From NCBI GenBank assembly GCA_038210685.1, contig JBBQWJ010000001.1:1-46105 (forward strand): a DNA stretch of 46,105 bases, read 5' to 3'. Shown in pieces: positions 20,035 to 29,328 of this stretch. The position numbers and the translations under genes are program-made. Each line of letters opens with the position of its first letter. Position 1 is the stretch's first letter. The notes beneath the pieces were generated by a model, which worked only from the letters and a program-made list of their open reading frames with translations, was not told the origin of the DNA and did not search any database. Source of the stretch: Chitinophagales bacterium. Lineage in GTDB: Bacteria; Bacteroidota; Bacteroidia; Chitinophagales; Chitinophagaceae.

Positions 20035-20964
20035 TTGAACAGGCAGGTAATTATAACATCAAAGGCCCATAAGTTTTTAACTGAAACGCTTCAGCATAAG
20101 GGGTTTTCTGTTCTTATTTCAGAAAAGATTACCTACGAAGAATTGAGTTCAATAATCGGCCAGGCGGAAGGGCTGGTAGTTACAACAAGGATGCCAATAG
20201 ATAAAACCATTTTGGATAAAGCAAGCCGTTTAAAGTGGATCGGAAGGCTCGGGAGCGGCATGGAACTTATCGATGTGGAATATGCAGAATCGAAAGGAAT
20301 TAAATGTGTGAGTAGTCCCGAAGGAAACCGTAATGCAGTAGCAGAACATGCACTCGGTTTATTGCTGAATCTCACCAACAAAATTTCTTCAAGTTATGAA
20401 GAGATCAAGGATAGAAAATGGATAAGAGATGCAAATCGTGGTACTGAGTTGGAAGGCAAAACGATCGGAATTATCGGATATGGAAATACAGGCTCTGCGT
20501 TTGCAAAGTTGCTGGGATGTTTCGATGTAACAGTTCTTGCTTATGATAAATATAAATTTGGGTTCAGCAAGGATCATGTTAAAGAAGCGAATTTTGAGCA
20601 GGTTTGCCGGTATGCTGATGTGCTAAGTATTCATGTACCACTTACAGAGGAAACTCAGCACATGGCAAACGAACAGTTTTTTAATTCTCTCGAAAGATCT
20701 CCTTTTTTAATTTCTACCTGTCGTGGAAAGGTGACAGATACAGGGGCATTAATAAATGCTTTAAAAAGTAAAAAAATTGCAGGCGCAGGACTTGATGTGT
20801 TGGAAAATGAAAAATTTGAAACGTATTCAAAAGAAGAAAATCAACGATTGAGTTGGTTGTTAGCGCAACCTAATGTAATTTTGACGCCTCATATAGCCGG
20901 ATATTCGCATGAAGCCTTTTATAAAATGACAAAAGTGCTTTTGGAAAAATTAGGCTTGAAATAA
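20035..20964 (+). CDS. D-2-hydroxyacid dehydrogenase (SerA-like)
   Basis: [22 protein letters not shown] and LTPHIAG motifs; TTG start. Confidence 0.88.
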   Translation: MNRQVIITSKAHKFLTETLQHKGFSVLISEKITYEELSSIIGQAEGLVVTTRMPIDKTILDKASRLKWIGRLGSGMELIDVEYAESKGIKCVSSPEGNRNAVAEHALGLLLNLTNKISSSYEEIKDRKWIRDANRGTELEGKTIGIIGYGNTGSAFAKLLGCFDVTVLAYDKYKFGFSKDHVKEANFEQVCRYADVLSIHVPLTEETQHMANEQFFNSLERSPFLISTCRGKVTDTGALINALKSKKIAGAGLDVLENEKFETYSKEENQRLSWLLAQPNVILTPHIAGYSHEAFYKMTKVLLEKLGLK

Positions 20965-20978
20965 AATTTAATCTTTCT

Positions 20979-20986
20979 TATATTTG
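20979..20986 (+). promoter_or_regulatory. -7 promoter box (TATATTTG) for greA
   Basis: TAnnTTTG match; it overlaps the track's TTG at 20984, which argues for the ATG at 21071 as the real start. Confidence 0.6.
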
Positions 20987-21070
20987 TATTCATACAACGT
21001 CTTAGTAAATACTGGGACGTTGTATTTTTTTTCAACATTACATAAAGTTTTGACAATTAAATCAGATGTT

Positions 21071-21544
21071 ATGAACCAGGTTAATTATGTAACAAAAGAC
21101 ACGTTTGAGCAAATGCAGGCAGAATTGCAGCACATGAAAGGTGTGGATAGGCCCGCAGCTTCAGTGGCAATAGGTGAGGCCCGTGAAAAAGGAGACCTTA
21201 AAGAAAATGCTGAATATGATGCTGCCAAAGAAGCACAGGGAATGCTTGAGGCTAAAATAAAACAGCTGGAAACTATTATTGCTACTGCAAAAATTGTAGA
21301 TGAAAGTACCATCGATACCAGCAAAGTTTCAATTCTTACTACAGTAACGCTCACGAATGTTGCTACAAAAAAACAGGTTACCTACAAGATAGTTTCTGAA
21401 AAAGAAGCCAATCTTAAAGAACAAAAAATTTCTGCTAATTCTCCAATAGGAAATGGATTGCTTGGAAAAGCAGTGGGTGAAGTAGCTGAAATAAAAGTTC
21501 CTGCGGGAATGATAAAATTCAGGATTGATAAAATAACTGCTTAA
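21071..21544 (+). CDS. greA: Transcription elongation factor GreA
   Basis: AREKGDLKENAEYDAAK and SPIGNGLLGK motifs. Confidence 0.95.
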   Translation: MNQVNYVTKDTFEQMQAELQHMKGVDRPAASVAIGEAREKGDLKENAEYDAAKEAQGMLEAKIKQLETIIATAKIVDESTIDTSKVSILTTVTLTNVATKKQVTYKIVSEKEANLKEQKISANSPIGNGLLGKAVGEVAEIKVPAGMIKFRIDKITA

Positions 21545-21553
21545 ACAGCAACA

Positions 21554-21946
21554 ATGACGATATTCAGTAAAATAATCAACGGCGAAATTCCTTCTTATAA
21601 AATAGCAGAGAACGAAAAGTTTTTTGCTTTCCTGGATATAAATCCATTAGTTGAAGGACATACGTTGGTAGTTCCCAAAGTGGAAGTGGATAAATTTCTA
21701 GAGATGCCGGATGATTATCTTTCTGAGATTTTACTTTTTGCAAAGCCGGTTGCAGCCGCTATTGAAAAAGCAATTCCCTGCAAGCGCTGCGGGCTAAGTG
21801 TTATAGGCCTTGAAGTGCCGCATGCGCATTTGCATTTGATTCCACTGAACAATATGGATGATATTAATTTTACCAGGAAAAAGCTTACTCCTACAAAAGA
21901 AGAATTAAAGAATGCACAAGAGAAAATTTTGAATGCGTTGAAATAA
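21554..21946 (+). CDS. HIT family nucleotide hydrolase
   Basis: TIFSKII, FLDINP, GHTLVVPK and HAHLH motifs. Confidence 0.93.
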   Translation: MTIFSKIINGEIPSYKIAENEKFFAFLDINPLVEGHTLVVPKVEVDKFLEMPDDYLSEILLFAKPVAAAIEKAIPCKRCGLSVIGLEVPHAHLHLIPLNNMDDINFTRKKLTPTKEELKNAQEKILNALK

Positions 21947-21979
21947 TCTTTCCAGCAAATAAACAAATAAAACGGATTT

Positions 21980-22540
21980 TTATTTTATTCGCTGAGGATT
22001 TTGCACCAGGAAATCTTTCCATCCATTTAGTTTTTTGGATGAATCCTTTATTAAGGTATTTCCCTGGAAATGGTGGCACACTGCCACTGCAAGTGCATCA
22101 GTTGCATCAAAAGATTTTGGATCTTCTTCAAAAACAATAAGCCGCTGCAGCATTTTCAATACTTGTTGTTTATCAGCATTTCCATTTCCGGTGATAGATT
22201 GTTTAACTTTTCGTGGTGAATATTCTGTAACGGGAATGCCGGCCTGCATTGCGGCTGCAATGGCTACACCCTGCGCGCGGCCCAGCTTTAGCATGCTTTG
22301 CACGTTCTTTCCAAAGAAAGGAGCTTCAATAGCAAATTCATGCGGGCAAAATTCAGTGAGCAGTTCACAAACTTTTTGGTATATGATCTGCAATCTTTCG
22401 TAAGTATCTTTTTTAGGAGAAATTTTCAGTACATCCATAATGATCAAGGTCATTCCTGAAGAAGAAATTTCAATGATTCCAAAACCCATAAACAACGTTC
22501 CTGGATCAATGCCTAAAATGATTTTTGAATTTGTATTCAA
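21980..22540 (-). CDS. ruvC: Holliday junction resolvase RuvC
   Basis: ILGIDPG, AIEAPF, KLGRAQG and DATDALAVA motifs; TTG at 22540 likelier than 22591. Confidence 0.95.
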   Translation of the reverse strand: MNTNSKIILGIDPGTLFMGFGIIEISSSGMTLIIMDVLKISPKKDTYERLQIIYQKVCELLTEFCPHEFAIEAPFFGKNVQSMLKLGRAQGVAIAAAMQAGIPVTEYSPRKVKQSITGNGNADKQQVLKMLQRLIVFEEDPKSFDATDALAVAVCHHFQGNTLIKDSSKKLNGWKDFLVQNPQRIK

Positions 22541-22611
22541 TTGAAGTTTATTTTTACCACTATTTGAATAGATGATTGTAAAATAAGGCAAAATTTCTGT
22601 ATTAAAGCTTC

Positions 22612-23607
22612 ATGATTCGTAATAAAAAAATCAAAATAATCGTCAAATACTTTATCGGCCCACTTCTTGGCGCGTGGTTATTTTATTCTTTGTATCAGCA
22701 AATAAAGCATCAGCCTCATCTTCATGAATCTTTGATGCTTATTAAAGAAGCTCCTTTTGGGGACAATGCATGGAAATTCTGGGTCGTTTTATTACTTGCC
22801 TTTTTAAACTGGGGCATTGAGGCACGCAAGTGGCAGGTGTTACTAAAACCTTTACAAAAAATTCGTTATTTAAGAGCTTATCGTTCGGTGTTAAGTGGCT
22901 TGGCTTTATCATTAAATACTCCAAACAGGATGGGTGAGTATGGTGGAAGAATTTTGTATGTAAAAGATGGAAGCCGGCTAAAAGCGATTTCTTTATCAAT
23001 TGCCGGAAGTATAAGCCAACTCATTATCACCTTACTGTTGGGATGCGGAGGTTTGATTTTTCTTTTGTTTTTTCAAAAACTGCCTTCCGGTTCTGTTATG
23101 GGGTTGTCGGTTTATTGGATAAAAGTTTTGCTATTCATTTCATCGGTGGCAACTGCCATCCTAATTTTATTTTTCTTCAGGCTTTCATGGTTGATCAGGT
23201 TAATTGAAAAGATACCAGGATCATTAAAATTTATAGAGTACTTTAACGTTTTAGAGGAGTTTACTGCTAAATTATTGTTAAGGCTACTTTCACTTTCGTT
23301 CTTTCGCTACCTTGTTTTCGTCCTACAATATATCTTGCTGTTGCAGGTTTTGCAGGTAGAAATATTTTGGTTCGATTGTTTCTGGATAATAAGTATCCTT
23401 TTTCTTGTGCTGGCAATCGTTCCATCCATTGCAATTGCTGATCTTGGAATTCGGGGAAAATTCAGTACCGGGTTATTAAGTCTGTATAGCATGAACACGA
23501 TTGGTATATTAGGCACTACATTTGGTATTTGGTTCATCAATTTATTTATACCGGCTGTTGCAGGAAGCATATTGATTTTGGGTATAAAATTTTTTAAAGA
23601 AAAATAG
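22612..23607 (+). CDS. Lysylphosphatidylglycerol synthase TM-domain (flippase-like) protein
   Basis: NWGIEARKW, TPNRMGEYGGR motifs; polytopic membrane protein. Confidence 0.8.
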   Translation: MIRNKKIKIIVKYFIGPLLGAWLFYSLYQQIKHQPHLHESLMLIKEAPFGDNAWKFWVVLLLAFLNWGIEARKWQVLLKPLQKIRYLRAYRSVLSGLALSLNTPNRMGEYGGRILYVKDGSRLKAISLSIAGSISQLIITLLLGCGGLIFLLFFQKLPSGSVMGLSVYWIKVLLFISSVATAILILFFFRLSWLIRLIEKIPGSLKFIEYFNVLEEFTAKLLLRLLSLSFFRYLVFVLQYILLLQVLQVEIFWFDCFWIISILFLVLAIVPSIAIADLGIRGKFSTGLLSLYSMNTIGILGTTFGIWFINLFIPAVAGSILILGIKFFKEK

Positions 23608-23615
23608 TTACAGAT

Positions 23616-24398
23616 TTGAGAGCAATTATTTCACTATTACTTTTACTTTTTACTACAACCCGCCAGGAGCCACCATTCTGTGGCATACACAATACTGCTT
23701 TTAAAGACGGTGAAGAAGTTACGATGAGGGTTTATTACACCACCCTCGGTTTGTATGTTGGTGCAGGGGAAGCGAAATTTACTACCAATATTGAAAAGTA
23801 CAATGGTGTTCCTACTTATCATTGTGTGGGAGTGGGCAATACTTATTCTTTCTTTGATAACTTTTATAAGGTTCGTGACCGTTACGAAACCTATATTGAT
23901 ACAGCAACCATGCTTCCCGTAAAATTTATACGAAATGTGGATGAAGGTGGCACAAAAATTTATAACAATGTAACTTTCAATCACGAAACGGGCACTGCAG
24001 TAAGTACGCACGGGCTTTTTAAAGTAACCTCATGTATCCAGGATGTGATCAGTTCCGTTTATTATGCAAGGAATATAGATTTTAATAAGTATAAACCGGG
24101 CGATAAAATTCCTTTTGATATGTTCCTGGATGATGAAATTTATCATCTTTATCTGCGCTATGAAGGAAAAGAAGATGTAAAAACAAAATATGGAAAATTC
24201 CGGGCGATAAAGTTTAAACCTTTATTGATCAAAGGGACTATTTTCCAGGGAGGTGAAAATATGAATGTGTGGGTAAGTGATGATGCCAATCATTTATTAT
24301 TACGTGCTGAAAGCCCGATATCAGTAGGTTCTATCAAAGTTGATATGATGAGCTACAAAAATCTTCGCTATCCGCTTACCTCATTGATCAGAAGATAA
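23616..24398 (+). CDS. DUF3108 domain protein
   Basis: YKVRDRYETYID, QDVISSVYYAR and VWVSDDANHL motifs; N-terminal signal-like segment. Confidence 0.8.
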   Translation: MRAIISLLLLLFTTTRQEPPFCGIHNTAFKDGEEVTMRVYYTTLGLYVGAGEAKFTTNIEKYNGVPTYHCVGVGNTYSFFDNFYKVRDRYETYIDTATMLPVKFIRNVDEGGTKIYNNVTFNHETGTAVSTHGLFKVTSCIQDVISSVYYARNIDFNKYKPGDKIPFDMFLDDEIYHLYLRYEGKEDVKTKYGKFRAIKFKPLLIKGTIFQGGENMNVWVSDDANHLLLRAESPISVGSIKVDMMSYKNLRYPLTSLIRR

Positions 24399-24405
24399 AA
24401 AAAAT

Positions 24406-24612
24406 TTATTTTTTTAGATTATCCTGCTTTTTATTCTCCATATGTTTTAACCTGAAAAGGATTAAAAGTGATATTCCCACAAGAAGATAAGTAACGGATA
24501 AAAGCATATTTTCCGTATGCGATAAAACAACGCCTTTGAATTGCTCTTTTATAAAAAAGTAAATGATGGTTACGATACTTAGCAAAAGAACAATAAAAGA
24601 AATCTTTTTCAA
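24406..24612 (-). CDS. Small two-TM hypothetical protein
   Basis: 68-aa ORF with two hydrophobic helices, filling the gap after the MBL gene. Confidence 0.55.
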   Translation of the reverse strand: MKKISFIVLLLSIVTIIYFFIKEQFKGVVLSHTENMLLSVTYLLVGISLLILFRLKHMENKKQDNLKK

Positions 24613-24622
24613 ATTGATGATT

Positions 24623-25465
24623 TTATAAAATGCTCTCCAGTTTAAAAGTTTCTTTACTGCGTATACCCTTTTCCGTTAGTTGTAAGGTGCAGCATTCAAT
24701 TTCAGGATCATGTTCAAAGAATAGAATAAAATCTTTTTCAACGGCTTCATTAAGAAAGGATCTTTTTTCAACCAAGGTTTCAAGCGGTCTTGTATCATAA
24801 GCCATCACATAAGGAATAGGAATGTGTGCTACAGAAGGTAATAGATCCGCCATATAAATAATCGTTTTGTCTTTGTATTTTATTTCAGGCAACATCATCG
24901 ATTCTGTATGTCCTTTTACAAAACGCAGTTTTATATTTTCAGTGAATTGAATTCCTTCTTTTGGTTCGATAAATCTCAGTTTGCCACTTTCCTGAATCGG
25001 TAAAATGTTTTCCTTTAAAAAACTGGCTTTCTCCCTGTCATTCGGTTGGGTAGCCCATTTCCAGTGATTTTCATTGCTCCAATAGGTAGCGTTTTTAAAT
25101 GCCGGCACCAGTTTGTCATCAACCTTTTCTATAGAGCCGCCGCAATGATCAAAATGAAGATGGGTTAAAAAAACATCAGTAATATCATCTCTTGTAAAAC
25201 CATATTTGGCTAAAGATTTATCGAGGGTATCATCGCCGTTTAAATAATAGTAACCAAAAAACTTTTCACTTTGTTTGTTGCCCATTCCATTGTCAATAAG
25301 AATTAAACGGCCTTCATCTTCAACAAGAAGGCAACGCATAGCCCAGTTGCACATATTATTTTCATCCGGCGGATTTAATTTTTGCCACATGCTTTTGGGA
25401 ACCACACCAAACATAGCGCCACCGTCAAGTTTAAAATGGCCGGCGTTGATTGAGTACAATTTCAT
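24623..25465 (-). CDS. MBL-fold metallohydrolase (YtnP-like)
   Basis: LDGGAMFGVVPK, THLHFDHCGG and FFEHDP motifs. Confidence 0.9.
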   Translation of the reverse strand: MKLYSINAGHFKLDGGAMFGVVPKSMWQKLNPPDENNMCNWAMRCLLVEDEGRLILIDNGMGNKQSEKFFGYYYLNGDDTLDKSLAKYGFTRDDITDVFLTHLHFDHCGGSIEKVDDKLVPAFKNATYWSNENHWKWATQPNDREKASFLKENILPIQESGKLRFIEPKEGIQFTENIKLRFVKGHTESMMLPEIKYKDKTIIYMADLLPSVAHIPIPYVMAYDTRPLETLVEKRSFLNEAVEKDFILFFEHDPEIECCTLQLTEKGIRSKETFKLESIL

Positions 25466-25528
25466 TCAATTTTATTTTTTTAAAAAAAATAAAATTACAA
25501 AATAATAATAGAGATGTTTTGAGAGAAT

Positions 25529-26863
25529 TTACGCAGCTACTGTTTTTTCCAGGTGCTTCTCTTTTTTTAGGGTGAGAAAAAGAAGAAAAAATCCTATTAT
25601 AAAAAAGCACATTACTACCAATACTGAGTTTTTCATACTTCCTGTTAATTCTTCAATCAGGCCAAAACTAAACATGCCGATTACGATCCCGATCTTTTCA
25701 GTAACATCATAGAAACTAAAAAATGAAGTGGTGTCTCTGGTGACAGGCATAAGCTTGGAATAGGTTGACCTGCTCAATGACTGGATGCCACCCATTACCA
25801 ATCCTACAACAGCTGCTAAAATATAAAAATAGAATTCTGCATTTATTCCCCGTTCACTAAGGATTGAAATTTGATAAGCACCGATACATACTAAAATCCA
25901 GATAACAACTACAGATAACAACGTTTGAAAATTACCAAATTTTTCTGAAAGTTTTGCCATCAGGTAAGCGCCCAAAATGGCAACAATTTGTATGATTAAA
26001 ATGGTAATTATTAATTTCTCTGTTGGCAATTTTAATTCTTTGCTTCCAAAAAGTGCTGCAACCAACATTATGGTTTGAACACCCATATTGTAAAAGAAAA
26101 ATGAAAATAAAAACCGTTTTAAAACAGGGAGATGTTTTATTTGCCCGAAAACTTTTTTCAGTTCGATAAAACCATTCACCAATAAACTTTTTTCCGGCCG
26201 ATTCGCTGCAGGAATGCCTTTTGGCATTCTTGTAAGTGTAAATTGTGCAAAACCAAACCACCAGATTCCAACCAACAAAAATGAAAACCGCGCAGGAAGT
26301 GTTGCGTCATTTTGCATGCCGAACCATTCTGGTTTAAAAACGAAAATGAAGCAAATCAATTGTAAAATTACACTGCCAATGTAGCCCATTGAAAATCCTT
26401 TGGCGCTTACTCTGTCACGGTCTTTTGGGGCTGCAATTTCAGGCAAATAAGAATTATAAAAAACAATGCTGCTCCAAAAACCAATGCAACCAAAAATAGA
26501 GCATACAATTGCAATCCACAGTGTTTCCGTGCCTTTGAAAAAGAAAAGAAGACCGCAGGATAAACTTCCGAGAAAGCAAAAAAATCGAAGAAAATTTTTC
26601 TTATTTCCTTTGTAATCGGCTATGGAAGATAACATCGGCGACATAATAGCTACAATCAAAAAGCCAACACCGAGGGCATAATTATACAGAGCTGAGTTTA
26701 CAAATTTTCTACCGAGAAATATTACTTCACTGTTGACGTTATTTTTCGTCACACTTTCATAATAAGCTGGAAAAATGGTGGAAGTAATTACTAAACTGTA
26801 AACAGAATTGGCCCAATCATACATGGCCCAACCGTTAATTACTTTTTTGGAAGCAGTTTGCAT
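25529..26863 (-). CDS. MFS transporter (UMF1/Atg22-like)
   Basis: WAMYDWANS, FYNSYLPEIA and GGIQSLSRS motifs. Confidence 0.9.
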   Translation of the reverse strand: MQTASKKVINGWAMYDWANSVYSLVITSTIFPAYYESVTKNNVNSEVIFLGRKFVNSALYNYALGVGFLIVAIMSPMLSSIADYKGNKKNFLRFFCFLGSLSCGLLFFFKGTETLWIAIVCSIFGCIGFWSSIVFYNSYLPEIAAPKDRDRVSAKGFSMGYIGSVILQLICFIFVFKPEWFGMQNDATLPARFSFLLVGIWWFGFAQFTLTRMPKGIPAANRPEKSLLVNGFIELKKVFGQIKHLPVLKRFLFSFFFYNMGVQTIMLVAALFGSKELKLPTEKLIITILIIQIVAILGAYLMAKLSEKFGNFQTLLSVVVIWILVCIGAYQISILSERGINAEFYFYILAAVVGLVMGGIQSLSRSTYSKLMPVTRDTTSFFSFYDVTEKIGIVIGMFSFGLIEELTGSMKNSVLVVMCFFIIGFFLLFLTLKKEKHLEKTVAA

Positions 26864-26977
26864 TTAAAATAAATAAAGCATCCAAAATAATGAAAATATT
26901 TTACAGTACGTTTCTTTTATAAAATAAGATTCTGCATTATTTGTTGCTTTACTGCATCTGCGTAGCCTGAAGCCGGA

Positions 26978-27772
26978 TTACTTTTGGATGTAACCCGTAT
27001 AAATTAGGAATAATAAGATAACACCAACAATTGTTCTGTAAATTCCCCAAATTCTAAAGCCATGTTTTTTTAAAAACTCAATAAAAAATTTGATAGCTAA
27101 CAAAGCCACCACAAACGCAACAGCATTTCCAATCAACAGCAGTTTTATTTCAGGAGCGGTAAAGCCGCCAGCGGTTTTATAATGTTTGAATAATTTGTAG
27201 CCCGTTGCAGCTATCATAGTAGGAACCGCAAGAAAAAAAGAAAATTCTGCTGCGGCACTGCGTGTAAGCTTTTGTTGCATGCCCCCGATAATAGAAGAAG
27301 CGCTTCGGCTCATGCCGGGAATCATTGCCAGGCATTGCCAGATACCAATTGCAAATGAATTTTTATACGAAACCTGTTTCTCCGAATTAATACGCGGGTG
27401 CTTGAAAACGTCATCTATAAATATCAGTACCACACCGCCAATCAATATTGCCAAAGCTACCACGGTAGTACTTTGCATCATTTCATCAATTTTTTTGGAG
27501 AATAGCAAACCTAAAATTATCGCAGGGATAACGCCGATTATTAGTTTAAAATAGAAATGCAGATTTTTGAAATCAAAAAACTTTTTCCAATACAAAACAA
27601 CCACAGCGAGAATAGCACCGAGTTGAATAGCTACCGTGAACATTTCTGTAAATTCAGTTGAAGGAATGCCTAATAATTTTTCGGCAATGATCATGTGCCC
27701 GGTTGAAGATATAGGGATGAATTCTGTAATTCCTTCTACAATGCCTATTATTATTGACTGTACGACGTCCAT
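26978..27772 (-). CDS. uppP: Undecaprenyl-diphosphatase
   Basis: EGITEFIPISSTGH, IQLGAILA, PGMSRS and AAEFSFFLAVP motifs. Confidence 0.95.
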   Translation of the reverse strand: MDVVQSIIIGIVEGITEFIPISSTGHMIIAEKLLGIPSTEFTEMFTVAIQLGAILAVVVLYWKKFFDFKNLHFYFKLIIGVIPAIILGLLFSKKIDEMMQSTTVVALAILIGGVVLIFIDDVFKHPRINSEKQVSYKNSFAIGIWQCLAMIPGMSRSASSIIGGMQQKLTRSAAAEFSFFLAVPTMIAATGYKLFKHYKTAGGFTAPEIKLLLIGNAVAFVVALLAIKFFIEFLKKHGFRIWGIYRTIVGVILLFLIYTGYIQK

Positions 27773-27808
27773 TTTTTGCGGTGTGGGTAATATTAAAATT
27801 CTAAATAT

Positions 27809-27834
27809 AAAAAAAGCGATGAAAATTTCACCGC
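27809..27834 (-). terminator. Probable intrinsic terminator between DUF3098 and uppP
   Basis: Minus strand GCGGTGAAA-T-TTTCATCGC (one G-U pair) followed by T7. Confidence 0.5.
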
Positions 27835-27851
27835 CTAAATGGTATTAAAAA

Positions 27852-28136
27852 CTATTTCTTTTTTTTTATGATAGCAAATATTTCAATAACTAAACCGCCA
27901 ACTATCAAGATCGGGGCAAGAGTTATTCTTCTGAAACTATAGATCTGGTTGTCATTAAAAACATTCGGATCTGAACTTTTACCACCGGACATTAAAAAAA
28001 ATCCAATGGTCATTACAATAAGGCCTATTACCATCCATTTATAATTTTCTTTTGAAAACAATGCATTTTCTTGAGAAGGTTGATGAGCAATTTCTTTTTT
28101 AGAAATGGACGGAGTAACTTTTTTAGCAGTACTCAT
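27852..28136 (-). CDS. DUF3098 membrane protein
   Basis: GFFLMSGG.S.DPNVFN..IYSFRRITLAP motif; ftsX-DUF3098-uppP gene order. Confidence 0.88.
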   Translation of the reverse strand: MSTAKKVTPSISKKEIAHQPSQENALFSKENYKWMVIGLIVMTIGFFLMSGGKSSDPNVFNDNQIYSFRRITLAPILIVGGLVIEIFAIIKKKK

Positions 28137-28188
28137 ATTTTTAATTTTATTTGCAATGTTAAGTAATTAAAATATAGATTTTTCAAAA

Positions 28189-29067
28189 TCAATACAACTC
28201 ATCCAGTTTCATTCTCAGGTATTTGAGCGCCGATCTATGCGTACTTAAAAGTGTGATGCATATTCCAAGAATAACAATGCCTCCAAAGATCAACAGCATG
28301 TTTTTTGTATCGTGCAATATCTGTAAATAAGGAATAAATTTTTCTGAAATAGTTATAAATCCGAACATCAGGCCGATGGCGATGGCGGAAGCAATAATGC
28401 CGTTTATAATAGCGCGGCCATCAAGTGGACGTGTTATAAACCATCTTGTAGCACCCACCATTTGCATCGTTTTTATGAGGAATCGGTTGCTGTACATCGC
28501 AAGCCTTATCGTATTATCAATTGAAACGATCACCAAAATCGATAAGAGGATGGCGACCACAAGCAAAACGATAGTGGTGGTTTTTACAAACTGGCTAACA
28601 CTTGCAACCGTTGCTTTAGGCGTTTGAAATTCAGATAATGTATGCGGGAAATTGGCAGTCAGCGAATCTTCTAAATTCGCCAGGCTGTCTTTGTTAACAT
28701 AATTCGCTTTTACATAAAAATCAATACTCTCAGGCAGGGGATTACTGATTGCCAGCTTTTTCCAAAGTGTGTCATTTTCCTGGTTGTATTTTGCGATCGC
28801 TTTTTCTCGAGTGATATATTCCACTTTCACAGCATATGGAAGTGAATCGATATAATTTTTTAATGAATCGATCTGATCATCTGAGGCAGTTCGGTATATG
28901 TAGGCATGAAGCTGGATATTTTCTTTAAAATAATCGCCGGTTTTTTGGATGTTCAGGAAAATCCACGCTACTATTCCAAAAAGAAACAATACCAAAGAAA
29001 CACCTATGATTGCATAAACATAGGATGGTTTTCCGCGTTTGGTGGATGCTTTACCGAATTGGGCCAT
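28189..29067 (-). CDS. ftsX: Cell division permease FtsX
   Basis: NPLPES and IDNTIRLAMYSNRFLIKTMQMVGAT motifs; four TM segments. Confidence 0.93.
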   Translation of the reverse strand: MAQFGKASTKRGKPSYVYAIIGVSLVLFLFGIVAWIFLNIQKTGDYFKENIQLHAYIYRTASDDQIDSLKNYIDSLPYAVKVEYITREKAIAKYNQENDTLWKKLAISNPLPESIDFYVKANYVNKDSLANLEDSLTANFPHTLSEFQTPKATVASVSQFVKTTTIVLLVVAILLSILVIVSIDNTIRLAMYSNRFLIKTMQMVGATRWFITRPLDGRAIINGIIASAIAIGLMFGFITISEKFIPYLQILHDTKNMLLIFGGIVILGICITLLSTHRSALKYLRMKLDELY

Positions 29068-29110
29068 AATGATAAGGATGAATTTATTTTTTACCTTTTT
29101 TCTACTGCGG

Positions 29111-29147
29111 CAAAAATAAATGATTTTAAACAGGTTTAGTATTTTTG
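29111..29147. promoter_or_regulatory. Divergent -7 boxes for ftsX (29111-29118, minus) and leuS (29140-29147, plus)
   Basis: TATTTTTG on each strand, back to back. Confidence 0.6.
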
Positions 29148-29328
29148 CGCCTTCGCAATTGATAGCTAATGTAATTTACATAAGCCATTGAAAACAGTGA
29201 AAACAAATCAATAACATTTCTTTCACAAAAAATTGCAAAATGATCTTGCCCGGATCCTGCCTGGTAAAGGATTTTAGGTTTCATTTGCAATAAAACAATA
29301 AAAATTGATTGGATTTTAATAACAAAGA

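Noticed and set aside
29240-29293. 17-codon uORF (MILPGSCLVKDFRFHLQ) as a leucine attenuator for leuS
   Set aside because: Only three scattered Leu codons and no clear terminator/antiterminator or T-box motif
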